A DNA stretch of 61,893 bases, filler included, from Choristocarpus tenellus KU-1152 (GCA_964200185.2; 7 parts of 7 records of this genome joined end to end with filler, not necessarily neighbours in it), one strand, 5' to 3'; counted from the first letter of the whole stretch, positions 1 through 14,900 are shown. Notes: generated from the letters alone by a model not told the origin. Numbers and translations: made by a program.

Positions 1-720
1 GGGAATGAAAGGGGGAGGAGCTTAAAGCACCCGACTATGCGGTGGCGGAGGATATACATACATACATTAAAGGCAAGTCGGCAAGCAAAGTGTGCCGGCG
101 AACGATAAACTCTCACTGTTTTCTGTTGTGTCCTGTTTATTGTATACGCACGTTTTTTTGTTACGAATAATAATGTCAAAGTGTAGGTTGACCCCCCCTC
201 TAGGATGAAGATTGGCCGCTACGTACATACATATGGCCTCGAACATAAAAGATGACGAGATCGGCTTTATGTAGTGACAGCGTGGTGACTGACCTTGCCT
301 ACTAAGCGTGCCAAAATTACCCGATAATAACAGGCATTAAAGCTAAAAATATATACAAAATACAATCTTCGCATGTATGCATAGTATGAAAAATTTGCTC
401 GTTCTTCTTTGTCGACTTGGTTAGGTTTTTGGAGGGTGTGACCTATCTATCCCTTTCTTGTACAAACCACATCAACCTTGAATAAATATTTATAACTAGT
501 GGAAGAAGACGTATGTATGTATGTATGTATTATATAATACAATATGTAGTGTATGATACATACAAACATGCCAAACCGTTACCGGCTCCCCCCATCAGAG
601 AGCCTGTCTGTCCTTGTACCTTTGGCTTGGTTGAGGTCGCTTCCAAATCGTAGCAGTGCCCTTTACAAGCACCGAAATAATTTTGACCAAAAATATATAT
701 GCACTTTCCGCACACCAATC

Positions 721-781
721 CGGGTCTTGCCCGTCCTTAATAAAAAGTTCCATCCTCAATTTTGATGATCGGTTGTTATTT
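721..781 (+). repeat. Dispersed about 60-bp motif, probably the mariner 5' subterminal region (also 36889-36955 + and about 59040-59111 -)
   Basis: GGGTC..GCCC.TCCT.AAT.AAAAG.TCCATCCTCAATTTT shared by three loci; one copy lies upstream of the mariner relic at 57981-58800. Confidence 0.6.
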
Positions 782-1738
782 GTCTTGAAGTTACTAATGC
801 ACAAAAGTTGGTTAACTGATTGCCGGTGACCTTTGCGCAATGACATGTGCAGCACATGCCAAGCAGGTTCCCCAAAAGGAGTTTGGTTTGGCGATCTTGA
901 TGAGGCAAGGTGGAGCAAGACAAATCTATTTTGTACATGTACAACCGCTTACCTGTCATCTCTCTGGTTTGATTATGGTAGATGTATCTTCTAATTTTAA
1001 GGATTAATTCATAGGGGTGAAGTGCCCCATCTCATGAATGCATGCACCAGTTCTTAGATTGTGATTTTTTCTTGTTATATGGTTCAGCGCAACAAACTCT
1101 ACTGTGGCAGATGTCGAAGCAATACATGCAACTGTCCATACCAAATGCACAGAGTACTCTTCTACATATCAACAAAAGATTTGTAGTTCAGAAAGTTGAG
1201 AGTCAATCCAACACTAATACACTGACATGAAATTAGTAACAAAATCCTTGACTGAACTTGCAGGATTGGTGGCCATCCCTTTCCTCAATTCAAATATACT
1301 CATCTCGATAGTGTTTGTGACGCACACCACATCATGAATTATGACAATGCACTGAAAATACACGGTACGTGGTAGTACTCCGCAAAAAGAGTAAATTGCA
1401 CAGAGACATTTTCCTCCCATCTTGAACATGACCAATCCACCACACTGGGTGTGGCACACTTCACCCACATGTATGGTATCATTTCAAACCTCACCTCCCC
1501 TTCACATGTCAAATCCTTCAAGTAATGCCCTTTCAAGCGTACTCTCACTTTCAAAACAAATCAGATTAAATACAGACAGATGTGTGAGTGGCAGGTGAGG
1601 AGGAAAATGAGGGCAAGAGGGAAGGGAAGGAAACAAGCACTGATGCTCACCAAAAATATCTCAATGCTTATGCACTCTTCAACTAACGAAAAAATATAGA
1701 AAGTAGAACATAGACCAGTGGCACAAACCAATATATAT

Positions 1739-1996
1739 GAGTGAAAGTATCTTAGAGGGTATGAGTTTTGCCTTGTTCATCCATTTGGGACTTGGCTTCC
1801 CTTAAGGTTTTTACGACATTTTCCTAATCCAAAATATGCCGGAGTAGGTAAAATGTGTAAGTTATGAAAAGATGGGCCCGGAACAAGGATATTGGCACTT
1901 CCTAACAAACACGATAGCCAAAATTACATCAGAATCACAACATTGAATTTTGGCCGCCAAATGGACGCGGCTCTACCCTCTAAGGTACTTTGGCTC
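1739..1996. mobile_element. MITE family B (about 258 bp, GAG...CTC ends, 4-bp TSD; Sola2-like by inference)
   Basis: Ends GAGTGAAAGTATCTTAGAGGG ... CCCTCTAAGGTACTTTGGCTC; flanked by ATAT/ATAT; homologous to 34152-34408, 45957-46214 and 36456-36606. Confidence 0.85.
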
Positions 1997-3202
1997 ATAT
2001 ATAGTAGTAAAGGATCTAAAAAAGGAACTACTGGCCTACTTATAAATGTTACAGGGTAGTCTTGTCGCCGGCAAAGTAGAACAATGTGAGAAAACAGTAA
2101 GCCAAATATAGTTAAGGGTATAGCCTCATAATCGAGGATCTGGGGCCAATATGCACCCACTTAGACTAAAGGGAGAGCGGTTTTGAAGAGGTCACAAAAA
2201 TAGGAAACCTTCCCTCATGTGTGTGTCATTCCCCCACTCATACTCTTGCCCACAATCAAATGCGGACAAAATAAAGCGCAATCACTCAAATTAGTTTGTT
2301 CGCAACAAGATTAAAAAAGGGGATCAAGCAACGTGACCCTGGGCTAGTCACTCTCCACCCCATAAATCCATCTAGATCATACGCCCCATAGTGAGTCATC
2401 GCCGTATCTGCCCTGGTGAATATCCCCCGGCTTCTTCCATCCTCAGTCTGCTGCATAGTAAAAAATAATGTAACTCAGATGTGCATAGTCAACAGAAAGA
2501 AACTCATATTTTTTCAGGGGGTGGCCTCCAAGGACACTATGAACGCTGCAACAAGGTTAATATTACACTGAAGATCTCCAAAACAACTTGCTTATTGCCA
2601 GCACTCCCAAAACTCATCTAGACTACCCCCCCCCCTGGAAGTAGCAGCTCTACTAGTTCCTAAACTAGCAGAAACGTTGCTAGAACATAATGCCTTCATG
2701 CCCTTACTTCCTTGCCTTGTTAACGAAGCACACCATTAAAAAATCAGGATGTGTGCACTTCCCTCCATCGCACTGCACACCTATTTGACCTCTGTAACCC
2801 CTGGTGTGCTTTGATAATTTCCTTGCCAACACTCATGAGTCACAAAAGTTCCACGAACTGGACCAAGAGCCTCAGCCTTCAGCCCAAGGGCTGCATCATA
2901 AACCACGCCCTGCTATTCACCATGTACCCATCTCATGGGAATTCTGGTGATATCAACGGATGCCACTGGTGGAACCAAGCCATCATCCTGTGAGTGACAT
3001 CATCCATCACCATTAAGTCCACCCATGGGGGGAAGAAGGGACAAACACAAACCATGAGAATGGGGGATCATTATTTTGGTGGAGGGAGGAAAGAGTCAAG
3101 AGGTTAGGAGATTGGGAGCAGACAAAAAATAATTTAGTAGAAGGGTGTCCGTGCTACAGGTAAGGGCAGATATTTCCATGTCACACCAGCTCAAGGGGTG
3201 GT

Positions 3203-3505
3203 GTGGAGGAGAGTGCTCACACCTTCAAGAGAGAAATCATGTTTCAAGAAGAATTCATAGAGAAATCACATTTTTCTTTTGACAAGCTGGTCCTTATACT
3301 CACACTGCTTCTACGGTATCGACCAATTACCACAAAAAAACATAGTGATGGAGCCCTCATCTTCCTCAAACCAGTGGAACAGTTACTTAGAAGACCTCAG
3401 GCCATTCTCTAGTTCCACATAGTTTCCAGGCAGCAGTGGTGGTGTTTGGTATGCTATCATCCCTTAAGACTAAAACAATTATCATAACTCGAGAGAGTCT
3501 TTAGA
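3203..3505 (+). pseudogene. Possible Ulp1/C48 SUMO-protease-like relic (often transposon-borne)
   Basis: SHFSFDKL .. LVPH .. WWCLVCY .. KTKTIII..ESL across stops and frameshifts resembles F..FYxKL..LVPVH..HWCL..KTI.YYDSL. Confidence 0.3.
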
Positions 3506-3799
3506 CGACTCTCATTTTGACAGGAGTGAACTTTACTCCATCCCCATAACCCTCCTATTTCATGGAAAAATCATCTTTAAACACCCCCTGACAATTCACA
3601 TTCTGCAGACACGAGTGCTATCCCCCCTCAATTGACGGCCTCCTACAAATTCTTAGTGTTACACGTTTTCCATGCAAATGACATGGTTTGACTTAACTGT
3701 TCTTGCATCACATCATCCCTTTATGTATTGTAAAATGTTTAACCCACTAACTGTACCTTCTACAAAAATCGAATATGCGGTACGCATAAGGTTGGGATG

Positions 3800-4557
3800 G
3801 GGGCAAACAGGCAGTAGGAGTTGACTGGAGTAAGAACAGCACGAGCAAGACCAAGCCAACTTATTGCGAGGTATTTATTGTGATAAAAGGGACCGCAAAA
3901 CAAAATGTACTGAAGGCAGTATATCCTATGGCTGCAAGTGGTAGACAAGGCTTCTTGCTAAATGAAACAGTGCACCCTAACAAGGGTCAAACATCAAGGT
4001 TATGGGGAAAACGGTCTGCAGGCTCGGCCTCTCATTCTCGTGTCTTTTCACACTGAATGCAAAAAACCCCCATATTTGGTATGGTTTATTTGAAGTCTGC
4101 TCAGATGGAAGCCAAGGCAGGAGCGAACTTTGGAGTCTGTGGGACCGAGTGACTGGTAGTACGAGGATGCAAGAGTTGCACTAACCAGAGTAGCCACATG
4201 CAAATCGTAGAGGTAATGATGACTGTGAACCCAACTCCTGTGTTGTCCTTGCTAAGACCCCCAAACATCTGTGTCGATGGCGCGCAAGTAGGAGACAGTA
4301 CGGAAGTGAAAGGGCAAGATGGGGAGAGTTGTAGCAGGGACCTCCATGACTGTAGGAGTCTGTGACCGTAACACGATTACTTGCCTATTTGATACTGTAA
4401 GGCCAATGGCCAGAGCAAATAACACCAACCAATTTCAATTCTATCAGCGCGGAAGTTTAGACGCAGGTCATCATTTATTGCCCATCTACGTTAACGAAGA
4501 GTTGTTCGCGACGGCACGGGGAGCTGGAAGAACCTAGTAGAAGTTCGGAGCACCAAT

Positions 4558-4589
<32 letters not shown>

Positions 4590-5100
4590 CTGTGTGACTT
4601 TCAGGCATATGAGCACAAAGCAACATGCGGCCGCATAGCCGATGGTACCGAAGAGAATAGGGTCTGGGATTCCACCCATTCTGATCCCTTTTCAGTCCTA
4701 AAAGAGGGTTTTGATGAATGGCACACCTGAGAGCAAAAACCTGGAGGACCATGGGCGCGAAGGAGGTGGTTGAAAGATAAATTGATAATGGTTACGTTGG
4801 CGACATAGTGTCGGAAAGTAGATCCTCGTACAGGGAACACGTGAGGTTCAATTTTGAAGCAATTTGGTGAGGAAAGTTGGAGGAATTGTCTCCTGCCAAA
4901 GCGAAATGTCCTGCATGGGAGAAAGGTTGCCCCAAAGAGGGAGGGATTGATCTATCACTGCATGGGGCCTTGACGTACCCTGCGGATACCTTGAGATACC
5001 TGTGGGGAAAGAAGTTGGGTGGCAGAACTTGGAACCAACACTACTTTCACCTTGACGAAGTGGTACTTTAGGGTAAGGGTTTCAGCCACTACCGAACCGA
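3800..5100 (-). mobile_element. Degenerate CRE-like non-LTR reverse transcriptase fragment
   Basis: Frameshifted LLGLKRDQNG/GGIPDPILFGTI/RLCGR (LIALxKxxGGxRPIAxG..RRL), then CSELL and LFVNVDG (GGxE..LD). A (CA)n expansion sits where QxGVG is expected. Boundaries approximate. Confidence 0.45.
4559..4586. repeat. (CA)n microsatellite
   Basis: Direct reading. Confidence 0.95.
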
Positions 5101-5957
5101 CCGTCCATCGTCCATTTTCTAGTAGAGAACTACAACAATAGTATTACTACTATTGTAGCACATGCTAACTTCACGAGAGGACCGAAGTTGAGCTGTGAGA
5201 GACCCACACGTCCTAGGAAGACGAGCTCTAAGAACAAAGATTATCGATTGAAGGCATTCTGGGGAAGACTCCGTGACAACCCAACTGTTGTATATTTGAA
5301 GCTCCGCTGAAAGGTGAGTGTCGTACATTGGGCGAAAAATCATAATGGGTATTAGTTGTGTTAGACAAGTCCAAGGTGTATCGCACGCGTTCAACACTTT
5401 AGAGTCACAACATTAAATAGAAGCGCTATAGATATTTCCTCCGGCAATGATGGATTGTATCTGATCAGTTTAGGGAGACTTGGCGAGGGCAGGATAATTG
5501 GGTAGTTTTCTTCCCCTGGCGTCAAATTTGTTTAGGTCATCTTAACGTTGTGTTTGCGTGCATGGTGTCGACATCAAATGTTATTGGGGGTTTTGGTAAT
5601 TTTTCTTGTCGCGTAGATATGGTACTTGTGATTACTCTCTTGCACTTTGTTTGTCAGTGTTGATTAGTGGAGGCGAAGGCGCGGGGTATCTTTCTGCTCC
5701 AATTGGTATGCTGAGCTGAATCATCTATCGAGTGGGGACCGCGAAGCCATGAGAAAGCTGCTTCACTCTGCCTCATCTGAAAACATTGAATGGGGGTATG
5801 ATTTGTGAGCGATGATTGGAAGCCTTTCCTTTATCTAATCCTTATACCGGACGTTTGCATTGTCAACCTCTTTTGAGCAGGCGTGAGTGTTTACGGAGAC
5901 TTGACGCCATTGGTTCTCTAGGTTCGGGATCACTACCTGCAGCCTAGGTGTCAATCC

Positions 5958-8900
5958 ATGGCAGCATTCAACGCGTTCTTCGCTCAGCTCACGGGCGGAG
6001 GGGGACACCCTCCAGGGGCCGGTGCTGATGACAGTGGAACTGTGGTGCCAACAACATCGCCCAGTGGCCGCCCTGCCCCCACTGGAGCCAGGGCTGGGGG
6101 TGGGGCTCCTGTCGGAGGTAGTGGCGGTTTCGGTGTGCGATTGAGAGGGAGGTGTGTCAGCTACAATCCGGTCAACGACCGGGAGCTATTTGGCACTCCA
6201 CAGGTGCAAGCGCTATTCGGAGATGAAACTCCTCGCAGACTTTTACTCAGACAATATTGCACGCCTTCTGGTTATGTGAAGGGTGTGTGTGCATAGCTGC
6301 TTCTTATTTATGCTCACGAAAAATTGTCCTTGCCTATTCCACTCTCTTTTTTTGGGAGGGGTTGGACTAAATCTCTAGTGTATTAGGTTCATTGTTTGCA
6401 AGGGAGTAGTGTACAGAGTGGATACTGGATAGTCAAGATTCACTTTGTGAGCTACTTGTGACGCCGAATGAAAACGAAGGGGGCATCAAGGCAATCAAAC
6501 CAATCAGTATTCCTTGTGATCCCTGAAGATGCATTTGAGCAGAAGAGTGGAACAGACAATTTAGAATGGAATCCCTCTCTCCACTCTCCATCCCCTGTTG
6601 CCTCCTTGTACGTAGAGAAGACAAGAACCCCCGACTCTTGACAAGGGGTCAGCTAATATGCTGAATTATAAAGCCATATTAGTGCTGCATGATTTTTGGG
6701 TGGCTGACCTGGCTGACCCGACGTCTTGACACTGAAATCCTTTTTCATCCCATTTCCTGGCAAACCTTGCCACTTACAAAGTGTGAGGCTGTGGCAAATC
6801 TTCCAGAGTCAAGCCGAAGAAGGGGACTGTGTGGTCAGGGTGCTATGATGGCGGCAAACCAATCCTTTCTCTGCTATACGATCAAGACGCTCATTAGGGT
6901 TATTCACAGGGCCAAAGGTGCAAGGGCATTGCTGAAAATAAGCCAATCACCTGCTGAGGGGGACCCTCAGGTGCCATGCTCAACCCTGACCCATTTCACT
7001 GTGCTGTCCCCAATTCTCAGTTATAGGATTCATAAAACTTGTTACATAGTCTTCAAATGTCAATCATGGTTGAGGATGTGGTGAATCCCAAATGATAGAA
7101 AGAGTAATATTGTAGGATTGTTCTTGTGACTTTGGCAGGTATATTTCTAAGTCCTCAGTGCAGTTCTGTAGTTGGCAACTTGTCAGGTGAGCTTATTTCG
7201 CCATCTTCTTGACTAAGCATACATTGCAATATGGGATGGTTGAGTATTTCGCAAAGGGCAGTTTGTCAGAATTTCAACAATAGACACACACAATCCCTTC
7301 TTGCAGTCAAGTGCATTGTTTATCTTCATCTACCAGATCCTTACTGGACCTAGTGACCCTCCTCAACCACATCTCCCTCCCTCGCTCCCTCTCATTGCCC
7401 TGATGATGGCCCTGATGCTCTGATACTCATTGCCCTGATCCCCTTGCTCCCTTGCCCCTCTACCCTCCCACTGTTACCGCTCACCAATCCAATCTCGGCG
7501 ATTTTACAAAGGACATGTGCTTGTGTGCAAATAATCCAGAGCTACTGGCTTTGGTCACTTCTGAAGGAGACCTCCTTGTGTGGCGTCTGTCGCTTTCACC
7601 TGACTACCGGGAAGATGCCCCTTCACAGGGGGTAGGGGTTGGAACTGGATCAGGGGCTGGGGGGGGAGCTGGGACAGCGGGAACAGGCGAGGTGCTCACA
7701 GAGAATTGGCTGTGTGTGAGAGGGGGTCATGCACAGGGGTGAGTTGGAGGGTATGATATGGGCGGGGGCAGGTTCGAGAGGAAGGATACGGGGTTAGGAT
7801 TGGAGTGTTAAATGATGTCTTGTTCTCAAATTATGTAGCCTTACATATTTGTTTGGTGTGGAACTTGTGTGATCCCTATTGTTCCCCTTTCTTTTGATGT
7901 GTGTATGTTCCTCCACTCTTATTGGTTGACCCTTCGTGAATGTAATCGAAGCTTTGAGATGGGTATAACTTGCCTTGTTGATTGGACCCTTCATGTATTA
8001 TATTGGTCAATTTGGTGAATGAATATTGTGTGGTCTATTCTCTTGCAAGTTTTATACTATATTCACTTTGTTGCGCATCTATGTTATCTGAGGTGAATGA
8101 TGGTGACTTGTACATTGCTGTTGATATGTGTGCTTCGGAGTTTAAAGAGTCTCCTACTGGGACATGTGTGCCCTATTGAAAAATGTATGGCCTGTTCCTT
8201 AAACCCAAAATGCATTCAGAAGCATGGTACCAGACAATTGTCCAACTGTTGTACCAACCCCAAATTGTAAACTTCTCTCCCATTTTACAGTGTGGCATGG
8301 CATCCTCTGGGCTCGCGGTACTTGGCTGTTATCTGTGGCAGGAAGGTGTGTAACATAAATGCATCCCCACCCCCCATTGAACACATAAATACATTGGTAA
8401 GAGGAGACCTTATGTTGCTGTCTTGTGCTTGTCCCACACCAGTGAACTCCTATTACCCCTTGTTTGTTGCAATATGCACACACTATCATCCCCATGGCAC
8501 TGTAACCAATTACCCAGATTTCTGGGTTCTGTTTCGGCATTCAAATGGTGCATACAGGCATTTCACCCTTTTCTCCTTGAAGTTGAGCGGTATTCCTACC
8601 CTCATGCCCCATTTACATAAGCTGTTGCTGTGTCCTTGTGAATCAGTGATAACCTAATGAGTATTGATGAAATCCTTAGGTTTCCTTACTGTAAAATTTT
8701 CACGTTAGAACTTACGTATTATTCTATGTAGCAGTACTGATGATGCTTTTTTGCTGATTCTCTTTTTGAGGTGAATTCTACTCAAAATACAGGAGCTGAT
8801 GTGCTAATATGCCAGGGTTTCTGTTACATAGACATTATTGAAGACACAATGCACCTATGTACAATACCTGCTATTTACTCAATGCAGACACTGGGCACAC

Positions 8901-11900
8901 CAAATTTGGAACTGCCTGAAACCGTTTTAGTACACAAATGGAATAACATGTGTGAGTGTCACATAAAATGCACAGAGAAAAGGATAGCCATGGTCTGCAC
9001 TCTTGTTCTGACATTGATCCATGCTTTCATATTGTGTGACACTCCAGTAATGTGTAAATACATGTCTGGAATATTGCTGAAGATTTTTTTGCCTGTATTC
9101 ACTCTGTTGAAAGGTGGTCCTCTGTGACATGTTCAAGTGCTCTGGGTCAAAGGGACAAGGCAGTGGAGCTCCAGGCGAAGACTTCCCTCTTTTGGCAGCA
9201 GAAGATGGTAGGGTGCCTGGATCAGTATGCTTAGGACATGCCTGGCAGGTGAGCCATATAGATCGACTGGAAATGTCAGGGCAGGTGGGGAGAAGGAAAC
9301 AGCTGTTGCTCTGCAATTTGTTTTACATTATTTTTCTCAAAATTGTCCTCACCTCTGTTGTGTTTACGATGTACAAAATCAATGTCTCTGTCTGCTTTCA
9401 AATGCCCTGATCTGGTTGAACCTTTCCCCCTCGAACAAAGACGCACCATTTGCTTTCCTTAAATTGTGAGAAAATCGACTCAAAATTTTTTTAGTTACCA
9501 TTTTTTTTTCCATACCTGCCCTCTCCCTTTTCACATCCCACTATACTGTTGTTGCTGCCAGCACATGTACGTGCCCCCCCACCTCCCTTTTCTTACTCCC
9601 TTTACCTCTTCTCCCGCTAAACTGTTGTTTCCTGTCTCATACCCACCGCTGTGTACCATCCTGCTGCCCTTTTTCAATAGATCATTCAACTATCCGCTGG
9701 GCTGGTTGTATAGGCAAGGTCTAGTAGTGTGTGCAGCTTTAAAATCTCTACCATAAGGAAACAGTGGGTGGGATGTAGGTGTCCTTGCAGGCATTACCTG
9801 CTTTACTGCCAAATAGCTCCGTACACTACTGAATATCATGAGGAAACCTTGGATAAACACCCCCCCCTTCATACACACAGATACACATACTGATCCTCCG
9901 ACTCTTGAGCCGCTTACCAGTTCGTTTGCCTGCCATACGCATCTGTTGCAATTGACTCTTGCTCTAGTTCAACCCTGAGGAAAAGCCCTGTTGCAATCCC
10001 TACACTCTTAATCTTCCCCCTTACTGACTTGTAGTGTAACCTTTCTTGTTGTCACTTGATTGACCAGGTGAACGATTGTTCATTTTCTACAGGGGGGTCT
10101 CTGATGGCCACGGCAGGAAAGGATGGCCTAGTGATGCTGTGGGACACAAGACTAGTCGGTGCAGATGGGATGGAACACAACCTCCCTACTGTGAGTGGTA
10201 ATGGTAACATTGGAGTAATCACAGTGGGGGTTGGTATTAGTGAGGGGGGGAGGGCTACTAGAAAGGAGAGATTATGAAATTGGCAGAGATGGGCTCTTGT
10301 AATGTTGAGTGACAGCTGCTACTCATGGAGTATATTTTGCCTCCTCCCCACCCCACCTCCACCCCACCTCCACACATCCCTTCTCTGACTTTTTTTCATT
10401 CCTCGTGGTCTCTATCCCACAAGTACCCCTCCTGCCCACCTTTGAAGGACCCTTCTAATAACCTACAATTTCCTTTTCAATGAAATCCACTTGTTGGTCT
10501 TTGTTTCTCCTTTTTCCCAAAAACACAGCACTTGACCCCGTTGAGCTCATTCCGTGCCGGGTCCGATGGAGGCCCTCTTTGGCGTGTCCTGGTTACAGGC
10601 CTTAAGGGTGGTGATGACGAGAATTATGGACCACAAGCGATCATTGTCACTGGCGAGGATGCAAACCATCTCATCAAGGTGATGAGAGGATACTAAATCT
10701 GGAATCAGACCATCACACCTTGTCCTTGCACCCGTTTCACCAACTAATAAAGAAACAATCCCTCCCTTTTTGAAATTTTGTGCGAGGTCTGATGGACCCC
10801 TAATCAGTATTTGATGTTTTGGTTGGTGATCAACCTTCTCTCTTGCCTCCCTTGATGAATATCCACCCTAGGTGTGGAAAGCTCCTGCATCTCCATCAGC
10901 TTCAGGCCCTCCCGGAGTTGAGCAGAGAGTTCTTAAGCCAGAGCAGACAGTGTGCCTAGAGGGGTCTGGACCAGGAGTTGCACTATCGCTGGAAGCAGAC
11001 CCTAAGGGACAATTGATCATGGTGGCAGACACTGGAGAGGGACTGCTCTATGCACTTCACCTCGCAGATGGTGGCAGCAGTGGTGGGCGGTGAGCTGGAG
11101 AAGAAAGAGTGGTCTGGTTTTGCTTTTCATGTTCTAGTTTTGGTGGGGTATGGGGAGTGGAGAGTAGGAGATTGAGTGGTTTTCTTTCATGGAATGGGTC
11201 TGTGGAATAAGGGGATTGGTAAAATATTTTTTTTGGAATATTTTGAACACAAGAGTTGGTAATTCACGTGGAAGAGATGTTTTGTGTTTGTAATGGGTTG
11301 TAAAAATTGAGGGAGATAAGATTCATTGAGAGAATGGCCAAGGGTAATAATTATTTGGTGTACGTTGATTGTAACCTTGGATTTTTGAGTGAAAAGGCTA
11401 TCTTCTGCTAGCCTATGTTGAACGCTTTGTGCCGATAGTGTTTTAGTACCTCACCCACACACTCTCAGGGAATTCTTGACCTCACTCCTCTCCTTCACGA
11501 TACCAGTCAAGGAAGAACATATTGTGCCTAAATTTTCTCAAATTCAGTCCAAGTTTTCTGAACCTATTAAATCAGATCACATTTTGTTCGCGCCCTAAAC
11601 AAGACAAGATTCCCACCTGTCTGAACAACCAACTTAAGTCGCAATTGAGTGATCTGTTTCTCACACAGTCATTTTCTGCTGTGCAGGTTTTGTCGCATGG
11701 ACTACTTGCGCCCATACTCCCTGGCTCACCCTGTGCTCAGCTTTGTGGTGCTAGAGGAGGAGACCCAACCAGAGTTTGGATATGAAGGTCTTGAGTCAAA
11801 CCCCTCTCAAGGTAAATCCCACTCACTCACTCACTCTACACAATCCCATTCTTGGATAAGTCTATTTTGTCAGTCTTCTCTAGAGCAGAAGGATTGCAAC

Positions 11901-14900
11901 ACATGTATTGCCTTGCCCTATGGGATTAAATATATGTGGGGAAATTACAGAGATAATTTATGAGAATAGGTCCATTCCCTTGTCATGTCATCACTTCAGT
12001 GTAGTTTGCCCTCAGGGATGCTCTGACCTGGCCCCTTCACTCAAATACTCCAACCTCCCATCACCTGTTCCCCTCTTTCCTTGCCCCTTTCACCTTCCTC
12101 CCTCTTTCTACAGCCAAGCGCCTCACTGGTCTTTACCTGTCCTCCTTTCCCCGTAGCCCCACCTCTTCTGATTTTTTCTCTAACCTACCCCTTCCCACAA
12201 TCCCGGTTCTAACCGTTTTCTCTTCTGCTGCACTGACCCTCCCTTCTCTCCAACTGCCCTCTCTTTTTGCACACTTTTGTACCAGGTCGGGGCCTCCAGT
12301 TAGTATGTGTGCAGACAAAACCTGTCCAGATCTATCGTATTGAAGTGGCAGATGCAACACCCTCATGGACTGGGGACGAAGAGGATGATGACGAGGAGGA
12401 AGAAGAAGGGGAAGGTGGAGAAGAATGCCAGGGAAGGGTCGAGGTGGAGGCAGAGGAAGAGGAAGATGAAGAAGATTCGGAAGTTGGGAGGGTGGGGGAT
12501 GAACAGGAGGGAGTAGGTGAGGGGGATTCATTGGGTCGGGGTGTTGAATCTTTGGAGGCTGGAGGGAAGTCAGAGGAGATGGAGGAAGGGGAGGAAGAGG
12601 AGGATGGGGTACAAGGAGGAGTCAGAGGACGATTGTCTATGGAGGTGGCCAGGGAGCTAGAGCAACAACAGCAGCATCGGGCAAAGGAGGAGGATGAGGT
12701 CTTTGAGGTGATAATTGAATAAGGAAAATGGTGATGGTTAACATTACCAGTGGGGGCTGTAGTCTAGTATTCAAACCTGGTGTAATTGCACTTATCATAG
12801 TGTTCTCAACTGTACACAGTTTGGAGATGTAGTGTGAACCTTCCTGTAATAGGTAGATGTTGAGTTCAAATTACTCCAAATTAGTCAAGAAATTGAGAAG
12901 TCCCGGAGAGACTAAAGGTCCATTTAAACCTCAGTCTTGTGTGGTGTTGTGTTTTGTTGGTGCCTTTCCCCCCTTCCTTGTGTTCTTCTATGTGCGAGGG
13001 AAAGTTATGTGAAGGATCTCGATGCTTCCACTCTAGATTTGATTAGTAGAATATAACTGGGGGAACCAAATGGTCAACAAACAGGTCTTAGTACTTCTCT
13101 ATGCACACTGAAGAAAGGCATCACTACACCAATGGAATGTTTGCCCAGATGAGAATATTGTTCATGTGCACTCTTGGTTTTGTGAAACGATGAGATGAGA
13201 TAGAGAAAAACCATTGCATAGGCAAGCACTTTATGCAGTTGTTTTGTGACCATACAATTTTTGTTCATCTAGACCCCTATCTCCATTAAGGACTTAATGA
13301 AAAAAAAATGTGAAGTTTCCATTCTGAATTTTCAACACCTGTAATGATAGTAGATTTGAACTTCCACGATGGAAAGCCCAAAATAAAGTTTATTGGAGAA
13401 AATGGATTCACATCCAGGTATAGTTCTTTGTACTAGTATGAGATTCAGGGGGATTTGTCCTCAATCTTGTTTGTACACTTCCAAATTCTCTAGATGATCC
13501 CCGATAAGAGAATAATAACCCTCTGCTGCAAACTCTCTAGTACTCTTTAGCTTTTACTCAAGGACATTGATGCAATGTTTCTCAATCATCCATTCAGCAT
13601 TATCCTTTAGTATAGATAGTGTCAAGAATGAGACTAATTGGCTTGATGGTATTGCATATATCCTGCCCGGTACTGACAGCACGAGGATAGTGATTCATAC
13701 ACAAGGGGGCAATGATGGTACAGTGGGGTCAAATCCTTTGTAATATTGTGGGTCTCGTGCTGACTTAGATCAAATGTAGACAATATGTCGCTAGTGATGA
13801 TGATGCATGCAGACCTGTGAAAGGATGTTAGATTTCCAGTTCTTGGTCTCAAGTTGTATTGAGTATGTGCTACATGAGAGTTGCTTCTTAATCTGTACCA
13901 TAAACAGGTTGGAGGAAGTGCTGGTGTATGGAGGGGTTCTTCTTTTGGACTGGGAGAATCTAATAGTTGATGTAGAACTTGAGGCACTGATTGTTACCAG
14001 ATACAAAACCATTCCTATCAAAGCACTGGCGTGCCGTCTATTGCATACATTGAGCCTTTAGCTGAGTAAAAGAGCTTTTGACCTCCCTGCTCACAAAATG
14101 GGTAATGTTAGTCAAATGTGTCCTGTCCATGCAAGCAAACTGTCTTCCCCATTAAGATCTTATCAAATGAGGGTTTGTGTATACTGAAGCGCATTTGGAG
14201 ATTTGGGGGGAGATGATGTAAGAATCAGAACTTAACCGCGTGTACCAACCCACTATGGTCCCTGTCACTTGGGCATTTTAGTTGGAGGTGTTGCTCATAG
14301 TGAGCTTTCCCATGGTATGCACATGACTTCCAGACTGTTTTTTGAGTTTATCCTTTCCTTTTCCACTCAATCTGAGCAAGTTTGTTCTGTTTTAAACAAC
14401 AATGTCACCTGTCCAATCCCCCCCCTATATCTGTGTGTATCATTGTAAGTTCCCTGTTGGAATTTGAGTCAGTTTTTTTTTTCACCTTATGCAAAAAGTT
14501 CAAACAGAACTGTTTGAGCATATCCCTCTAGCCTACACAGAATAGGTAGGACTTCAATTATATTGAGCGTTGACATGCCCTGTGCTCACATCTAACCCCT
14601 CCCTTCATCACCAGGATGAGGATGCTGGATCAACCATTAACAATGCCTCCTCATCCAGAGGTGATGCCCTAAGTCGACAGGATAGCAGGGGTAGTGATGA
14701 CACAGATGATGTAGATGTCAGGATGCATCCCACGAATAATTATTCGGCAGCTGTGGCTGCTATTGAAGCTGGTGCTGGTTCTGGGCGGAGGGGAGGGGTT
14801 GGGACCAGTGATGAGACTGATACGGAGACTGCCTCTGGTGTGGGCAGTGGGGGGGGAGGAGGATTGGAAGGAGAGGTTAGTTCTCGAATCCTTCCAGAGG

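Noticed and set aside
4250-4290. DTDVWGS resembling copia integrase
   Set aside because: Isolated and followed by a stop; surrounding motifs fit a non-LTR RT instead.
13074-13268. LGKHSIG as a Crypton/tyrosine recombinase motif
   Set aside because: No HSLR or catalytic Tyr context; it lies between copia RT motifs.
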